From contig BTVI01000015.1 of NCBI GenBank assembly GCA_045862955.1, positions 12,298 through 76,297 on the forward strand: 64,000 nt of DNA, read 5' to 3'. Of this stretch, positions 38,948-48,837 are shown piece by piece. The translations under genes were made by a program, and so were the position numbers. The stretch comes from Fimbriimonadales bacterium. GTDB taxonomy: Bacteria > Armatimonadota > Fimbriimonadia > Fimbriimonadales > JABRVX01. The notes under the pieces are model-generated. The model was not told the DNA's origin. It searched no databases and saw nothing but the letters and a program-made list of their open reading frames with translations. How positions within the stretch are numbered: position 1 is the first letter of the stretch; every line of letters starts with the position of its first letter.

Positions 38948-40858
38948 ATGATGCCTGCGCTCGCACCCGCCAGAATCCAGGACCGTCTCGCCGAGCCCGG
39001 TGCCGTGCTCCTCGACGACCGCGAGCATGGCCGCACTTTCCTGCTGCATCGCCCTGTCGGCCACATAACTGCCGACACCCCCGCGCAGGTGGAGGAGGCG
39101 CTCGCGAAGTTAGACGCTGCTTTGGCCGACGGGCTGGTCGCCTCTGGTTTCCTGTCCTACGAGGCGGGCGTCGCGCTCAATCGGCCCAACGCCATCCCCC
39201 ACACGCACGACCTGCCACTCGTGTGGCTGGGCCTTTATGAGGGGGTTGAGGAAGCCGATCCCGCGTGTTTCGAGTTCGACGCCTCGGCCGCAAGCGGCCG
39301 AGGCGTCGAGAACCCACGGTTGTGCGTCGGCGCGCGAGAGTACTGCCGTGCGGTCGAGCGCATCAAAGCGTACATCGAAGCCGGCGATGTGTACCAGGTC
39401 AACTACACGTGCAAAGTGCGCTTCAAGTACGAGGGTCCGCCCGCGGACCTGTTCCTCCGGCTGCGAAGCGCCCACCCCGTCGGCTACTCGGGGTTCCTGA
39501 ATCTGGGCTACGCGCAGGTGCTCTCCCTCTCCCCCGAGCTGCTCTTGCGGCGCGAAGGAAGACGCGTGCTCACCCGCCCGATGAAGGGAACCGCGAAGCG
39601 CGGCCGATGGAGCGAGGAGGACCAGCTCATCGCAGACGCGCTGGCGCGCGACGAGAAGAACCGCGCCGAGAACTTGATGATCTTGGACCTGATGCGAAAC
39701 GACCTCGGGAGGGTGTGCGAGTACGGCAGCGTGACGGTGCCCGCGATGTTTCAGGTGGAGCGCTATCCCACGGTGTTGCAGATGACCAGCGAGGTGGAAG
39801 GGCTGCTGTACGAGGGCGTCCGCGTCTCGGACCTGCTCCGAGCCATTCTGCCGCCCGGGTCCGTCACTGGAACGCCGAAGCTGAGGGCCTGCGAGATCAT
39901 CGGTGAGCTGGAGGCGGAAGCGCGCGGTCCTTATTGCGGCTGCATCGGCATCTTCCGGCCGAACGGCGATTGCCTGCTGAACGTGGCCATTCGCACAGTC
40001 GTAAAGCAAGGCGCTCGCTGCGAACTCGGCGTGGGTGGCGCGATCGTGGCGGATTCCACAGCCGTGTCCGAGCGAGAAGAGGCCATCAGCAAGAGCCGCT
40101 TCCTGTTCAGCAGGCGGGTGGAGTTCGACTTGCTCGAAACCTTACGCTACGACCGAGGCAGGGGCTACCGCTGGACAGAAGAGCACCTCGCACGCATGGC
40201 GGCCTCCGCCGGCTACTTCGACAGGCGTTGGGATGCGGAGCGGGTGATCGAGGCGCTCGAGGGTGCTGCCTCCGGTGTCGAGGCCGACCTGTCGGCAATC
40301 GGCGCGAAGGCTGCCCGCGTCCGACTGCTGGTCGGCGCCGACGGAGAGCCGAGGGTCGAATGGGCAGCGCTGGTGGGAGGCGAGACCCGCCCCGTCACCC
40401 TGATGCTAGCGGAGGAGCGAACCGACCCAGACGACGTGTTCCTGTACCACAAGACCACCCACCGCGCGCTGTATGATCTCGGGCTGCGCGAGGCCCAGCA
40501 GCGGGGCCACTTCGACGCGCTGTTCCTGAATGCGCGAGGCGAGGTGACCGAGTGCTCCCGGGCCAACATCGTCGCTCTGCTAGACGGCGAGTGGGTTACG
40601 CCGCCTCTTGCGTGCGGCCTCCTCCCGGGGCTGTGGCGAGAGGAGTGGCTAAGACGTGGACCGGCGATCGAACGTGTGATCACCCTGCCGGATCTGCTCC
40701 GGGCCGAGCGGGTCGTCATCGGCAACTCCGTGCGTGGGGCGATTCCGGTAGCGAGCCTCGAGCTGGGCCAGGGAAGGGTCGTCGAGTGGCAGAGGGCAGC
40801 AGAGGAGAGCGATGGGGCAGGCGAAGTTGCCTGGACCCGACTACCAGGCTCCCGGTAG
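38948..40858 (+). CDS. pabB: Aminodeoxychorismate synthase component I fused to class IV aminotransferase/ADC lyase
   Basis: GDVYQVN, SPEL, PMKGT, KNRAENLMILDLMRNDLG and NVAIRT; C-terminal HKTT.R and CGLLPG. Confidence 0.9.
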   Translation: MMPALAPARIQDRLAEPGAVLLDDREHGRTFLLHRPVGHITADTPAQVEEALAKLDAALADGLVASGFLSYEAGVALNRPNAIPHTHDLPLVWLGLYEGVEEADPACFEFDASAASGRGVENPRLCVGAREYCRAVERIKAYIEAGDVYQVNYTCKVRFKYEGPPADLFLRLRSAHPVGYSGFLNLGYAQVLSLSPELLLRREGRRVLTRPMKGTAKRGRWSEEDQLIADALARDEKNRAENLMILDLMRNDLGRVCEYGSVTVPAMFQVERYPTVLQMTSEVEGLLYEGVRVSDLLRAILPPGSVTGTPKLRACEIIGELEAEARGPYCGCIGIFRPNGDCLLNVAIRTVVKQGARCELGVGGAIVADSTAVSEREEAISKSRFLFSRRVEFDLLETLRYDRGRGYRWTEEHLARMAASAGYFDRRWDAERVIEALEGAASGVEADLSAIGAKAARVRLLVGADGEPRVEWAALVGGETRPVTLMLAEERTDPDDVFLYHKTTHRALYDLGLREAQQRGHFDALFLNARGEVTECSRANIVALLDGEWVTPPLACGLLPGLWREEWLRRGPAIERVITLPDLLRAERVVIGNSVRGAIPVASLELGQGRVVEWQRAAEESDGAGEVAWTRLPGSR

Positions 40859-40942
40859 TCCATCGTTCGGGGAACGCCTAACCGCCGTGCCCTGTCTTGA
40901 TGTGCAGACCTATCAGGCTACCGAAATGGCGGTGAACCTTCT

Positions 40943-42613
40943 ATGAGATTTTGGCTGCTGCTTGTCTCGGCGCTACTGGGTGCTTCGGTGATCGCGGACG
41001 GTGCGGCTCGGCCTATGGTGCTGCCATCACCCATCGAGCTCGACACCCGCGAGGCACACGACCTGATCACCCCACTACGCTTCGATGCCGAGCGTTACTC
41101 GGCGCTGAAGGACGTACGGGGAAGCGTGATCCTACGCGGCTTTCCCATCAACAGAACCGTATCGGCTGACCTGCTGCTCGAGCGCTTCGACGTCTTGCCG
41201 TCGAACGCGTCGGTGGTCATCGGGTCGGACGTTGGCGACATCCCGATCGAACGCCCGGACGTGGTGCTGCTGCGTGGAACGATTGATGGACAGACTAAGT
41301 CCTCCGTGTATCTCGGCCTGTCTCCCTGGGGCTGCAACGGTTGGCTGATGTTGGACGATGATCTGTACTTCGTTTCGGCCGGATCGAGGACTAACAACCG
41401 ATCCTTGCACATATACCGAGTCGAGGACATGCCGAGCTACTGGTTGCGGTCGGATTGGTTCTGTGATGCGGATAGCCTGTTACCTAACGGACTCGCTGGC
41501 CACACTAACAGTGATGTCGTGATCGCTGACGATTGCGGAGGCAAGCTAGCTTCCGTTGCGGTCGAGACCGACTGGGAGTTTACTGGCAGCCTGTTCGGTG
41601 GCAACACCAGCGCATCCGGTGCCTACGTGGTCACACTGTTCGGTGCGGTGGACTTCATCTATCGGCGCGACTTCGGGGTGGCAGTCAACGTCCCGTACAT
41701 GCGGCTGTGGAGCAACTCGAACGACCCTTGGAATCAGAACAACACATCGAATCAGCTCGATCAGTTCCGTACGTACTGGACTCAGAACATGCAGAACATC
41801 TATCGCACGGTCGCGCACTTCCTCTCGGGCAGAGCTCTAGGTGGCGGCGTGGCGTGGATGAGCGTTCTGTGCAACTACGGCTATGGTTATGGGCTCAGTG
41901 CGAACCTCGCCGGCTTCTTCCCGCCAGGGCTAGAGCCTGGCCCGAACAACTGGGACCCGTTCGTGGTGACGCACGAAATCGGGCACAACTTCGGCGCCCC
42001 ACATACGCATGAGATGTTCCCTCCGGTCGACACGTGCGGGCTGGGATGCAACGATCCCCCATTCGTGGGCACGATCATGAGTTACTGCCACATATGTCCG
42101 GGTGGCATGTCTAACATTCGTCTGGAGTTCCATCCTCGAACGATCGAGGTAGTGCAGAACTACCTCAGGGGGGTGGGCTGCCTCAGCTCAGCAGTTCTCA
42201 CCTGCAATGTCGCCTTGCAGGAGTATCAGGGTACGGCTCCGCTCATGGGGTATGTCGAGCTTCGCAAATCGGGGACCGGGGACTTGGAAGCACTGCGGTC
42301 CGTGGTCTATCAGGATGGCAGGTTCGGCATGAACTCGCCGCTGCTCTGCGAGCACGACGTCTCGGTGAAGTTTCCAACCTTCCTGCGGAAGACGATCCCA
42401 TCCGTCATGATCCTGCCACCGGAGACGATCTTGAACTTCGCGATGCTGAATGGCGACGCTAACAACGATAACGTCGTGGATATTCGCGACCTCAACATCA
42501 TGCTGTCTCGATTCGGCATGACCGGTCAAGGGGACGTGAACTACAACGGCGTAGTGGATGTCTCCGACATATCGGTTGTGCTCATCAACTTCGGCTTGGC
42601 TGGCGATTTCTAG
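40943..42613 (+). CDS. Secreted M12B/reprolysin-like metalloprotease with C-terminal dockerin-like domain
   Basis: HEIGHNFGAPH, Met-turn TIMSY, GDANNDNVVDIRDL...GDVNYNGVVDVSDI. Confidence 0.88.
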   Translation: MRFWLLLVSALLGASVIADGAARPMVLPSPIELDTREAHDLITPLRFDAERYSALKDVRGSVILRGFPINRTVSADLLLERFDVLPSNASVVIGSDVGDIPIERPDVVLLRGTIDGQTKSSVYLGLSPWGCNGWLMLDDDLYFVSAGSRTNNRSLHIYRVEDMPSYWLRSDWFCDADSLLPNGLAGHTNSDVVIADDCGGKLASVAVETDWEFTGSLFGGNTSASGAYVVTLFGAVDFIYRRDFGVAVNVPYMRLWSNSNDPWNQNNTSNQLDQFRTYWTQNMQNIYRTVAHFLSGRALGGGVAWMSVLCNYGYGYGLSANLAGFFPPGLEPGPNNWDPFVVTHEIGHNFGAPHTHEMFPPVDTCGLGCNDPPFVGTIMSYCHICPGGMSNIRLEFHPRTIEVVQNYLRGVGCLSSAVLTCNVALQEYQGTAPLMGYVELRKSGTGDLEALRSVVYQDGRFGMNSPLLCEHDVSVKFPTFLRKTIPSVMILPPETILNFAMLNGDANNDNVVDIRDLNIMLSRFGMTGQGDVNYNGVVDVSDISVVLINFGLAGDF

Positions 42614-42638
42614 ATTCGTCTCAACGTCGTTTGTGTGA

Positions 42639-42673
42639 CAACGCCCTGGAGCGAGATCCGCTCCAGGGCGTTG
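42639..42673. terminator. Bidirectional hairpin terminator
   Basis: 15-bp stem CAACGCCCTGGAGCG/CGCTCCAGGGCGTTG between convergent genes. Confidence 0.75.
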
Positions 42674-42694
42674 CATCCGAGGGGTGGTTACCCG

Positions 42695-44110
42695 CTACAC
42701 GCCGTAGTACATCATGAACTCGTACGGGTGCGGACGAAGACTGAGCTGCAAGACCTCCTCCTCACGCTTGTACCGGATGTACTCCTGCAGCAGATCCGTG
42801 CTGAACACGCCGCCCGTTGTTAGGTACTCGTTGTCCCGCTCGAGTGCCGTCAGAGCGTCCGCTAGACTGCCAGGCGTCTTGCGGACCATCGCATCTTCCT
42901 CGGGGGAGAGGTGGTACACGTCCTTCTCCATGGGATCCGGGGGAACGATTTCCCTTCGGATACCATCGAGGCCTGCCATCAGTTGTGCCGCGAACGCCAA
43001 GTAGGGGTTGCAGCTCGGGTCGGGAGCGCGAAACTCTAGTCGTTTTGCATGGGGCGCAGGGTTGAAAGTCGGAATGCGAATGCAAGCACTGCGGTTGCGC
43101 TTGCTATACACCAGGTTGATCGGCGCCTCGTATCCCGGCACCAGTCTACGATAGGAATTGGTGGTGGGTGCAGCGAACGCGAGGATGGAAGGCGCGTGCT
43201 CCAGCAGACCGCCGATGTAGTGCAGCGCGAGCTTCGAGAGCCCGGCGTACCCATGTTCATCGTACATGAGATTCTGGTTGTTCTTCCAAAGGCTCTGGTG
43301 GCAGTGCATGCCGCTGCCATTGTCCCCGTAGATGGGCTTCGGCATGAACGTAGCAGTGAATCCGTTCCGAAACGCAACGTTCTTGATGATGTACTTATAG
43401 ATCATCACCTGGTCGGCTTGGCGCAGCATCTCAGCGAACCTGAGGCCCAACTCGCACTGACCGGCAGCGCCTACCTCGTGGTGGTGCGATTCCATCTGCA
43501 CGCCTACGTCGCGCAGAGTGGCAATCATCTCGCCACGTAGGTCCTGGAGTGTGTCGTTCGGTGGTACTGGCGTATATCCACCGCGTACCTGCATCTTGTG
43601 GCCGGGAGCTGGCTTGTCCGCGCGCCCGCTGTTCCAGATGCCCTCCGCACAGTCCACGAAGTGCATGGAGGAGTGGTTGTTCTGGTCGAACCGCACTTCG
43701 TCGAACACGTGGAACTCCAGCTCGGGTCCAAAGTACACGGTGTCCGCGATGCCCGTCTGCCGCATGTATTCGACAGCCTTTCGTGCCACCAACCTCGGGC
43801 TGCGGTCATAGGGTCGGCGTGTCTCCGGATCGATGATGTCGCACACGATGACCAGCGTCTTGTACTTGCTGAAGGGGTCTATGAAGTGGACATCCGGGTC
43901 TGGGATCAGCAGCATGTCCGACTGCTCGATCGTCGTGAAGCAGCGGATGGACGAGCCATCGAAGCCGATGCCTTCCTCGAACGAGGCCTCCGAAAACATG
44001 TTGACCGGCATCGAATAGTGATGCCAGGAGCCGATGGGGTCCGTGTAACGGTAGTCTATGATCTCGATGTCGTTGTCGCGTGCGTACTGAACGACCTCTC
44101 GCGGGCTCAT
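42695..44110 (-). CDS. glnA: Glutamine synthetase type I
   Basis: FDGSSI, HHHEV, FMPKP..GDNGSGMHCHQS, RLVPGYEAP, NRSACIRIP and EFRAPDP; AGGAGG RBS. Confidence 0.96.
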   Translation of the reverse strand: MSPREVVQYARDNDIEIIDYRYTDPIGSWHHYSMPVNMFSEASFEEGIGFDGSSIRCFTTIEQSDMLLIPDPDVHFIDPFSKYKTLVIVCDIIDPETRRPYDRSPRLVARKAVEYMRQTGIADTVYFGPELEFHVFDEVRFDQNNHSSMHFVDCAEGIWNSGRADKPAPGHKMQVRGGYTPVPPNDTLQDLRGEMIATLRDVGVQMESHHHEVGAAGQCELGLRFAEMLRQADQVMIYKYIIKNVAFRNGFTATFMPKPIYGDNGSGMHCHQSLWKNNQNLMYDEHGYAGLSKLALHYIGGLLEHAPSILAFAAPTTNSYRRLVPGYEAPINLVYSKRNRSACIRIPTFNPAPHAKRLEFRAPDPSCNPYLAFAAQLMAGLDGIRREIVPPDPMEKDVYHLSPEEDAMVRKTPGSLADALTALERDNEYLTTGGVFSTDLLQEYIRYKREEEVLQLSLRPHPYEFMMYYGV

Positions 44111-44178
44111 TGCTCCTCCTTCGTGGTGTGCCTTCCCCGGACGGGCGGGGACGGCTGCGGCAGGGCTGCGCGGTGCAC

Positions 44179-44250
44179 AAACGACGAAGACGCCGGAGCG
44201 ATCCCAGCGCTCGCCGGCGTCCTTGCAGAATGGTGCGGTCCGCGTTGACC
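44179..44250 (-). promoter_or_regulatory. ANTAR-type dual-hairpin antitermination element with overlapping terminator
   Basis: GGTC-AACGCG-GACC and GC-AAGGAC-GC hexaloops (A1,G4); second hairpin overlaps terminator stem GACGCCGG/CCGGCGTC. Confidence 0.65.
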
Positions 44251-44306
44251 CAACAAGGGCGTATTCTACCGACCTGCCGCGGGCCCTTGCAACCGGGGGC
44301 TGGGCC

Positions 44307-44780
44307 CTACTCCTGCCCGCGCTCCCGTGCGCGGCGTTCGTCCTTCTTGGCGATGGCCTCGCGCTTGTCGTATGCCCGCTTGCCACGCGCCAGGCCGATC
44401 TGCACCTTCGCCTTGCCGTGCGTGAAGTACACCTTGAGCGGGACGATGGTCAGGCCTTTCTCCTGCGACTTGGCCTTCAGGCGCAGGATTTCGCTCTTGT
44501 GCATCAACAGCTTGCGCGGACGGCGCTCTTCCACGTTCCAGCGGCCCGCCTGCTCGTAGGGTGCGATGTACACGCCCTTCAGCCACAGCTCTCCGTTCTC
44601 CACCTGACAATAGCCGTCCGTGAGTTGCACGTTGCCCTTGTACACCGACTTCACCTCCGGTCCGATCAGCACGATGCCCGCTTCGAACGTGTCGAAGACT
44701 TCGTAGTCGTGCCTGGCCTTGCGGTTCTGTATGGTGGCGGGGCCGCTCTGCTCCTTGCCGCGCTTGTCCTTCTTGGCCAT
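44307..44780 (-). CDS. smpB: SsrA-binding protein
   Basis: NRKARHDY, EAGIVL.G.EVKS, RKLLMHK.EI and GKRAYDKRE. Confidence 0.95.
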   Translation of the reverse strand: MAKKDKRGKEQSGPATIQNRKARHDYEVFDTFEAGIVLIGPEVKSVYKGNVQLTDGYCQVENGELWLKGVYIAPYEQAGRWNVEERRPRKLLMHKSEILRLKAKSQEKGLTIVPLKVYFTHGKAKVQIGLARGKRAYDKREAIAKKDERRARERGQE

Positions 44781-44857
44781 GGCGCGGGAAGTGTACCTCT
44801 GGGTCAATGGCCGCGGCCCTCTCGGTGCGAGAGGGCCGCATGGAGGTGGGGAAGTGC

Positions 44858-45328
44858 CTAACGTCCGCGGGGAGGTGGGGGACTTTCGTAGCTGAGGTGC
44901 ACTCCGTCGTCAGACCATGTGCCTCGGATCCACTTGCCGGAGCGGTGGCGGACTTTGTACACGCCTTTGCCGCGCAGGGTGACGGAGCCCTTTCCGGCTG
45001 CCGCTAACGCTACTTTGCCATCGAACTCCATTCCGAACTTCGGAGCCCTGACGGTAGCATGCCCTCTTCCCTCGAAAGTCCACCTATCACCGTCGTGAGA
45101 CTTCAGGGTGAATCCCTCTACGTGAAGCTGGTCTTCGGTGACACCGGCGAGGACGAGGAGGCCGCTACCCCTGAGGTGTACGACGCCCGTACCTTCCAGC
45201 CTTACCTGTCCCTCGCCGCGAGCGAGCAAGACACCCTTGCCGCCGATCCTGACGTTTTCCTGCTGCTGAGCCATCGCGAATGAGGACGCCAGCAGGAGGC
45301 CGACTGCAACTGCCATGAGTCGCTTCAT
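44858..45328 (-). CDS. Hypothetical secreted Gly-rich beta protein
   Basis: Signal peptide ending FAMA; repeated GxGxVxLxGxG pattern. Confidence 0.55.
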   Translation of the reverse strand: MKRLMAVAVGLLLASSFAMAQQQENVRIGGKGVLLARGEGQVRLEGTGVVHLRGSGLLVLAGVTEDQLHVEGFTLKSHDGDRWTFEGRGHATVRAPKFGMEFDGKVALAAAGKGSVTLRGKGVYKVRHRSGKWIRGTWSDDGVHLSYESPPPPRGR

Positions 45329-45460
45329 TGGTAGTGTTACTCCTGTAAGCTTATCTCGTGCCTGCGTCGTATGCATACTCGCTAGCCAGCAGGCTTAGAC
45401 GCGACTCATCTCGTTCGGTTCAGTGGACCCATGCGAGGTTTTTCAGACCTGAGGCGAGCG

Positions 45461-46459
45461 TTACATGGCAGCGATGATTGCGTCGGTGATCTCTGTGGTG
45501 GTGGCACTGCCTCCCAGGTCGGCGGTGAGCGTCTTGCCCTCGCGCAGCACGGTGTGCACTGCCTTTTCGACGCGATCCGCCGCCTCGGTTTCTCCCAGGT
45601 CGCGCAGCATCATGGTAGCACACTGAATCAGTGCGATGGGATTCGCCTTGTTCTGCCCGGCGATGTCGGGAGCGCTGCCGTGAACGGCCTCGTAGAGCGA
45701 GCAGCTCTCACCCACGTTGACACTGGCAGTAAGCCCGAGACCACCTATCAGCCCCGCGCACAAGTCGGACACGATGTCACCGTACAGGTTCTCCATCACC
45801 ATGACATCGAATCGCTCCGGGCGCATCACCAGTTGCATGCAGGTGTTATCTATGATCAGTTCGTCGGCCTGGATGTCGTTGTACTGCCTGGCGACCTTGC
45901 GGAAGCAATCCAGGAACAGCCCGTCGGTGAGCTTCATGATGTTGGCTTTGTGTACCGCCGTGACCCGTTTTCTGCCATGCCTGCGCGCCAGCTCGAAGGC
46001 ATATTGCGCGATTCGCGTGCTGCCCTTCTCGGTGACTACCTTCAGACTCTCTACTACGCCGGGGACCACTTGGTGCTCCAGTCCGGAGTACATTCCCTCG
46101 CTGTTCTCGCGCACCACGATCAGGTCCACGTTCGGAAACGGGGTCTGGATGCCTGGCAGGGTCTTGACGGGCCGCACGTTGGCGTAAAGCTGCAGCCGTT
46201 GCCGCATCAGCACGTTCGCGCTGGCAAAGCCTGTCCCGACCGGCGTGGTAATAGGGCCCTTGATGCCTACCCGGTTTCGTAGTAGGGAAGTGAACACCTC
46301 GTCGGGCACCGTGGTGCCGTATCGTGTGTACACCTCGGCGCCGGCATCGTGTCGGTCCCAGTCCACGCGCACGCCGGTGGCCTCGACCACCCGAACCGCG
46401 GCCTCCACCACTTCGGGCCCGATGCCGTCCCCCGGAATCAGCGTGATGTTGTGCGTCAT
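45461..46459 (-). CDS. Isocitrate/isopropylmalate dehydrogenase family (NAD-IDH-like)
   Basis: GDGIGPEV, KGPITTP, VHKANIMK, NLYGDIVSD and HGSAPDIAG. Confidence 0.9.
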   Translation of the reverse strand: MTHNITLIPGDGIGPEVVEAAVRVVEATGVRVDWDRHDAGAEVYTRYGTTVPDEVFTSLLRNRVGIKGPITTPVGTGFASANVLMRQRLQLYANVRPVKTLPGIQTPFPNVDLIVVRENSEGMYSGLEHQVVPGVVESLKVVTEKGSTRIAQYAFELARRHGRKRVTAVHKANIMKLTDGLFLDCFRKVARQYNDIQADELIIDNTCMQLVMRPERFDVMVMENLYGDIVSDLCAGLIGGLGLTASVNVGESCSLYEAVHGSAPDIAGQNKANPIALIQCATMMLRDLGETEAADRVEKAVHTVLREGKTLTADLGGSATTTEITDAIIAAM

Positions 46460-46566
46460 GGTTCCTCCCGGCGCCGAGCGCGGCGCGACCGATTAGTATA
46501 CTAGGCGCCCGACCGAGGTCTGCGGAGCCCGCGGGCCGGGCGGGGCCAAGGGAATCGGGAAGTCGA

Positions 46567-48435
46567 ATGCAAGCTCTTCTTCTGGTCTTGGCGTGCTGCT
46601 TCGTGCAGACCCAGCCCTCCAACCTCCTCCTCAACGCGGGGTTCGAGGAAGGGGGCGGCTGGACCACCCCCGGGCCTGTGTGGAGCCTTGACCGCTCGGT
46701 CCACCGTTCGGGTTTGGCGTCACTGAAGTACAATAATACAGCCAAAAACTTATACAAAATGGCCTCTCAAGTTGTTCCGGTGAAGCCAGGGGCCAGATAC
46801 CGAATCGGTGCTTGGATCCGCGCGCAAAACGTCGTCGGGAGCGAGATCGGCGCCACCATTGCGTTGGAGTGGATCGGTACCGCAGGCGAGTTTCTAGGCG
46901 GCTGCTATCCGAAAGGAGTCACGGGTACGACCGACTGGACCCGCGTCGAGGCGGTCTCTGCCGTAGCACCGACCGCGGCGCGCAGCCTGCGCTTCGTGTG
47001 TTACGTCGCAAATGGCTCGACAGGCACCGCGTGGTTCGATGATATCGATCTGGTAGCCATGGGGCGAGACGACTGGCACGTCACCATCGTCGAGCCGTGG
47101 TTCCGGGGCCGCCTGGACGGGTGCAGCGCGGTGCGGATCGATGTGCGGCTTCCCCTTGAGGCGGCCACGAAGGGTCACTCGGTTCGCGCATCCTGGGCGG
47201 GGCTGGCGGGATCGGGTTCCACCGCTAAGGCCGCCGAGCTAACCACGCTCTTGCTGGATGCATCCGATCTCGCTTTGGGCCGACACCGCCTCGTCGTCGA
47301 GTGGCTGGACTCGCAGGGCAACGCCAGCCGCCGGTACGAGCGAGAGATGACGAAAGGGTTCCTCGCTCCGAAGAGCGTGGGCTTCGACGGTGTGAGGCTG
47401 CGCATCCGGGGGCGACCCTTCTTCCCGCTCGGCGTATACGACAGCGAGGGCTGGAAACCCGAGACGACACCCGAGAGGCTCCAGCAAATGGCGAAAGCAG
47501 GGTTCAACTGCGTCCTGCCCTATGGACTCCTGAGCGGTTCTGTCGAAGATTGTCGCAAATACTTGGACACTGCTGCTCGCCTAGGTCTTCGGGTGATCGT
47601 TTCCCTGAAGGACCTCTGCCAGCACGTGCGCTATCCGCTCCGGCGGATGTCGGGCATCGAGGGCCGCGAAAACGTGCTTCGCAGCGTGGTCCTGGCGCTG
47701 CAGGACCACCCCGCCCTTCTTGCTTGGTACGTGAACGATGAAAGCGGCCCGGAGCACGCCGAGGAGCTTCGCGGCCTTTACGAGACGGTGATCGCACTCG
47801 ACCCAGAGCATCCTTGCCTCGCCGTTACCAATCAGCCCGAGTCCGCTTACGAGTTCTGGGACAGTACCGACGTCATCGGCGTTGACCCTTATCCAGTACC
47901 CGGGTCGCCTCTGACCCTGGTTCGCGATTGGGTTCAGGCGAGTGGGGAAACGGGTCGCCCCGTGTGGGTAGCGGTTCAGGCCTTCGACAAGGCCAACTAC
48001 TCACCGGGTCCGAGCTTCCGGTCGCCGACCACAGCCGAGTACCGAGCCATGGCGTTCTTGGCCCTCGCATCCGGTGCAACGGGTCTCTTAGCGTACTCCT
48101 ATCACGATGTGCGCCGAGAGGCGGACTTCGAGCGACGTTGGGCGGAGATGGGGGCAGCAAACCGCATGCTATGGCGGTTCGGTGAAGTGGTCTCCGAGGG
48201 CGAGCGGCTGCCCATCGAGTGCGAGGGGGCAGTCGCAGCGAGGTGGCGCTTACGTGGGCAGGAGCACCTCTTGCTCGTGAACCCCACGCCTAGTCCCGTA
48301 GTCGCGTCTTTGCCGGTAAGCTCTGCCCGCCGTTGCACGGAGGGCTTCACGCGAGCGGTCATCCAACCGCAGGCGGGTCGTCTGGGACGCAATCTGCCGG
48401 CATTCGGTGTGGAGTGGCTGATACTGGACTACTGA
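46567..48435 (+). CDS. Secreted CBM4/9-like plus TIM-barrel glycoside hydrolase-like protein
   Basis: NLLLNAGFE CBM start, GTTDWTRV, GRPFFPLGVY, HPALLAWYVNDE and GVDPYP. Confidence 0.7.
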   Translation: MQALLLVLACCFVQTQPSNLLLNAGFEEGGGWTTPGPVWSLDRSVHRSGLASLKYNNTAKNLYKMASQVVPVKPGARYRIGAWIRAQNVVGSEIGATIALEWIGTAGEFLGGCYPKGVTGTTDWTRVEAVSAVAPTAARSLRFVCYVANGSTGTAWFDDIDLVAMGRDDWHVTIVEPWFRGRLDGCSAVRIDVRLPLEAATKGHSVRASWAGLAGSGSTAKAAELTTLLLDASDLALGRHRLVVEWLDSQGNASRRYEREMTKGFLAPKSVGFDGVRLRIRGRPFFPLGVYDSEGWKPETTPERLQQMAKAGFNCVLPYGLLSGSVEDCRKYLDTAARLGLRVIVSLKDLCQHVRYPLRRMSGIEGRENVLRSVVLALQDHPALLAWYVNDESGPEHAEELRGLYETVIALDPEHPCLAVTNQPESAYEFWDSTDVIGVDPYPVPGSPLTLVRDWVQASGETGRPVWVAVQAFDKANYSPGPSFRSPTTAEYRAMAFLALASGATGLLAYSYHDVRREADFERRWAEMGAANRMLWRFGEVVSEGERLPIECEGAVAARWRLRGQEHLLLVNPTPSPVVASLPVSSARRCTEGFTRAVIQPQAGRLGRNLPAFGVEWLILDY

Positions 48436-48500
48436 CATCCACTCCCACCGCTCGCCGTACCTCCAGCCTCCCCCTGTCCCACTGCTCCCCGCGGTCTCCT

Positions 48501-48750
48501 AGGTAACACCACGGCCCCCCCAAATCGTCATGCTGAGCCTGTCGAAGCATGACATCGTCAGCCACGGCTCACCGCACCTCCGGACCCCAGGCTCCAACAG
48601 CCCCCAAGCATCTGCCAGGTAACACCACGCGTCCCCCGCATCGTCATGCTGAGCCTGTCGAAGCATGACACCGGTCGCCGCCAAGGTAGCACCTAAAAGC
48701 GATAGCGTGCGGCTATCGGGCGCATGCTTCGACACGCTCAGCAGGGACGG
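48501..48750. repeat. REP-like cluster (GTCATGCTGAGCCTGTCGAAGCATG)
   Basis: Two direct copies 116 bp apart (48527, 48643) plus one inverted degenerate copy (~48722-48750) between convergent genes. Confidence 0.8.
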
Positions 48751-48837
48751 TATCGCGTTGTTGTCCGAGTCTGGATGAGTGCTAGGGGCTAGCAGCAAGA
48801 GGCTGCTACCTAACAATGCAAGGCACGACGACAGCCA

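Noticed and set aside
45431..46282. Long antisense ORF opposite the dehydrogenase (also 39110-40009 and 9445-10476)
   Set aside because: Typical high-GC shadow ORFs overlapping well-supported genes
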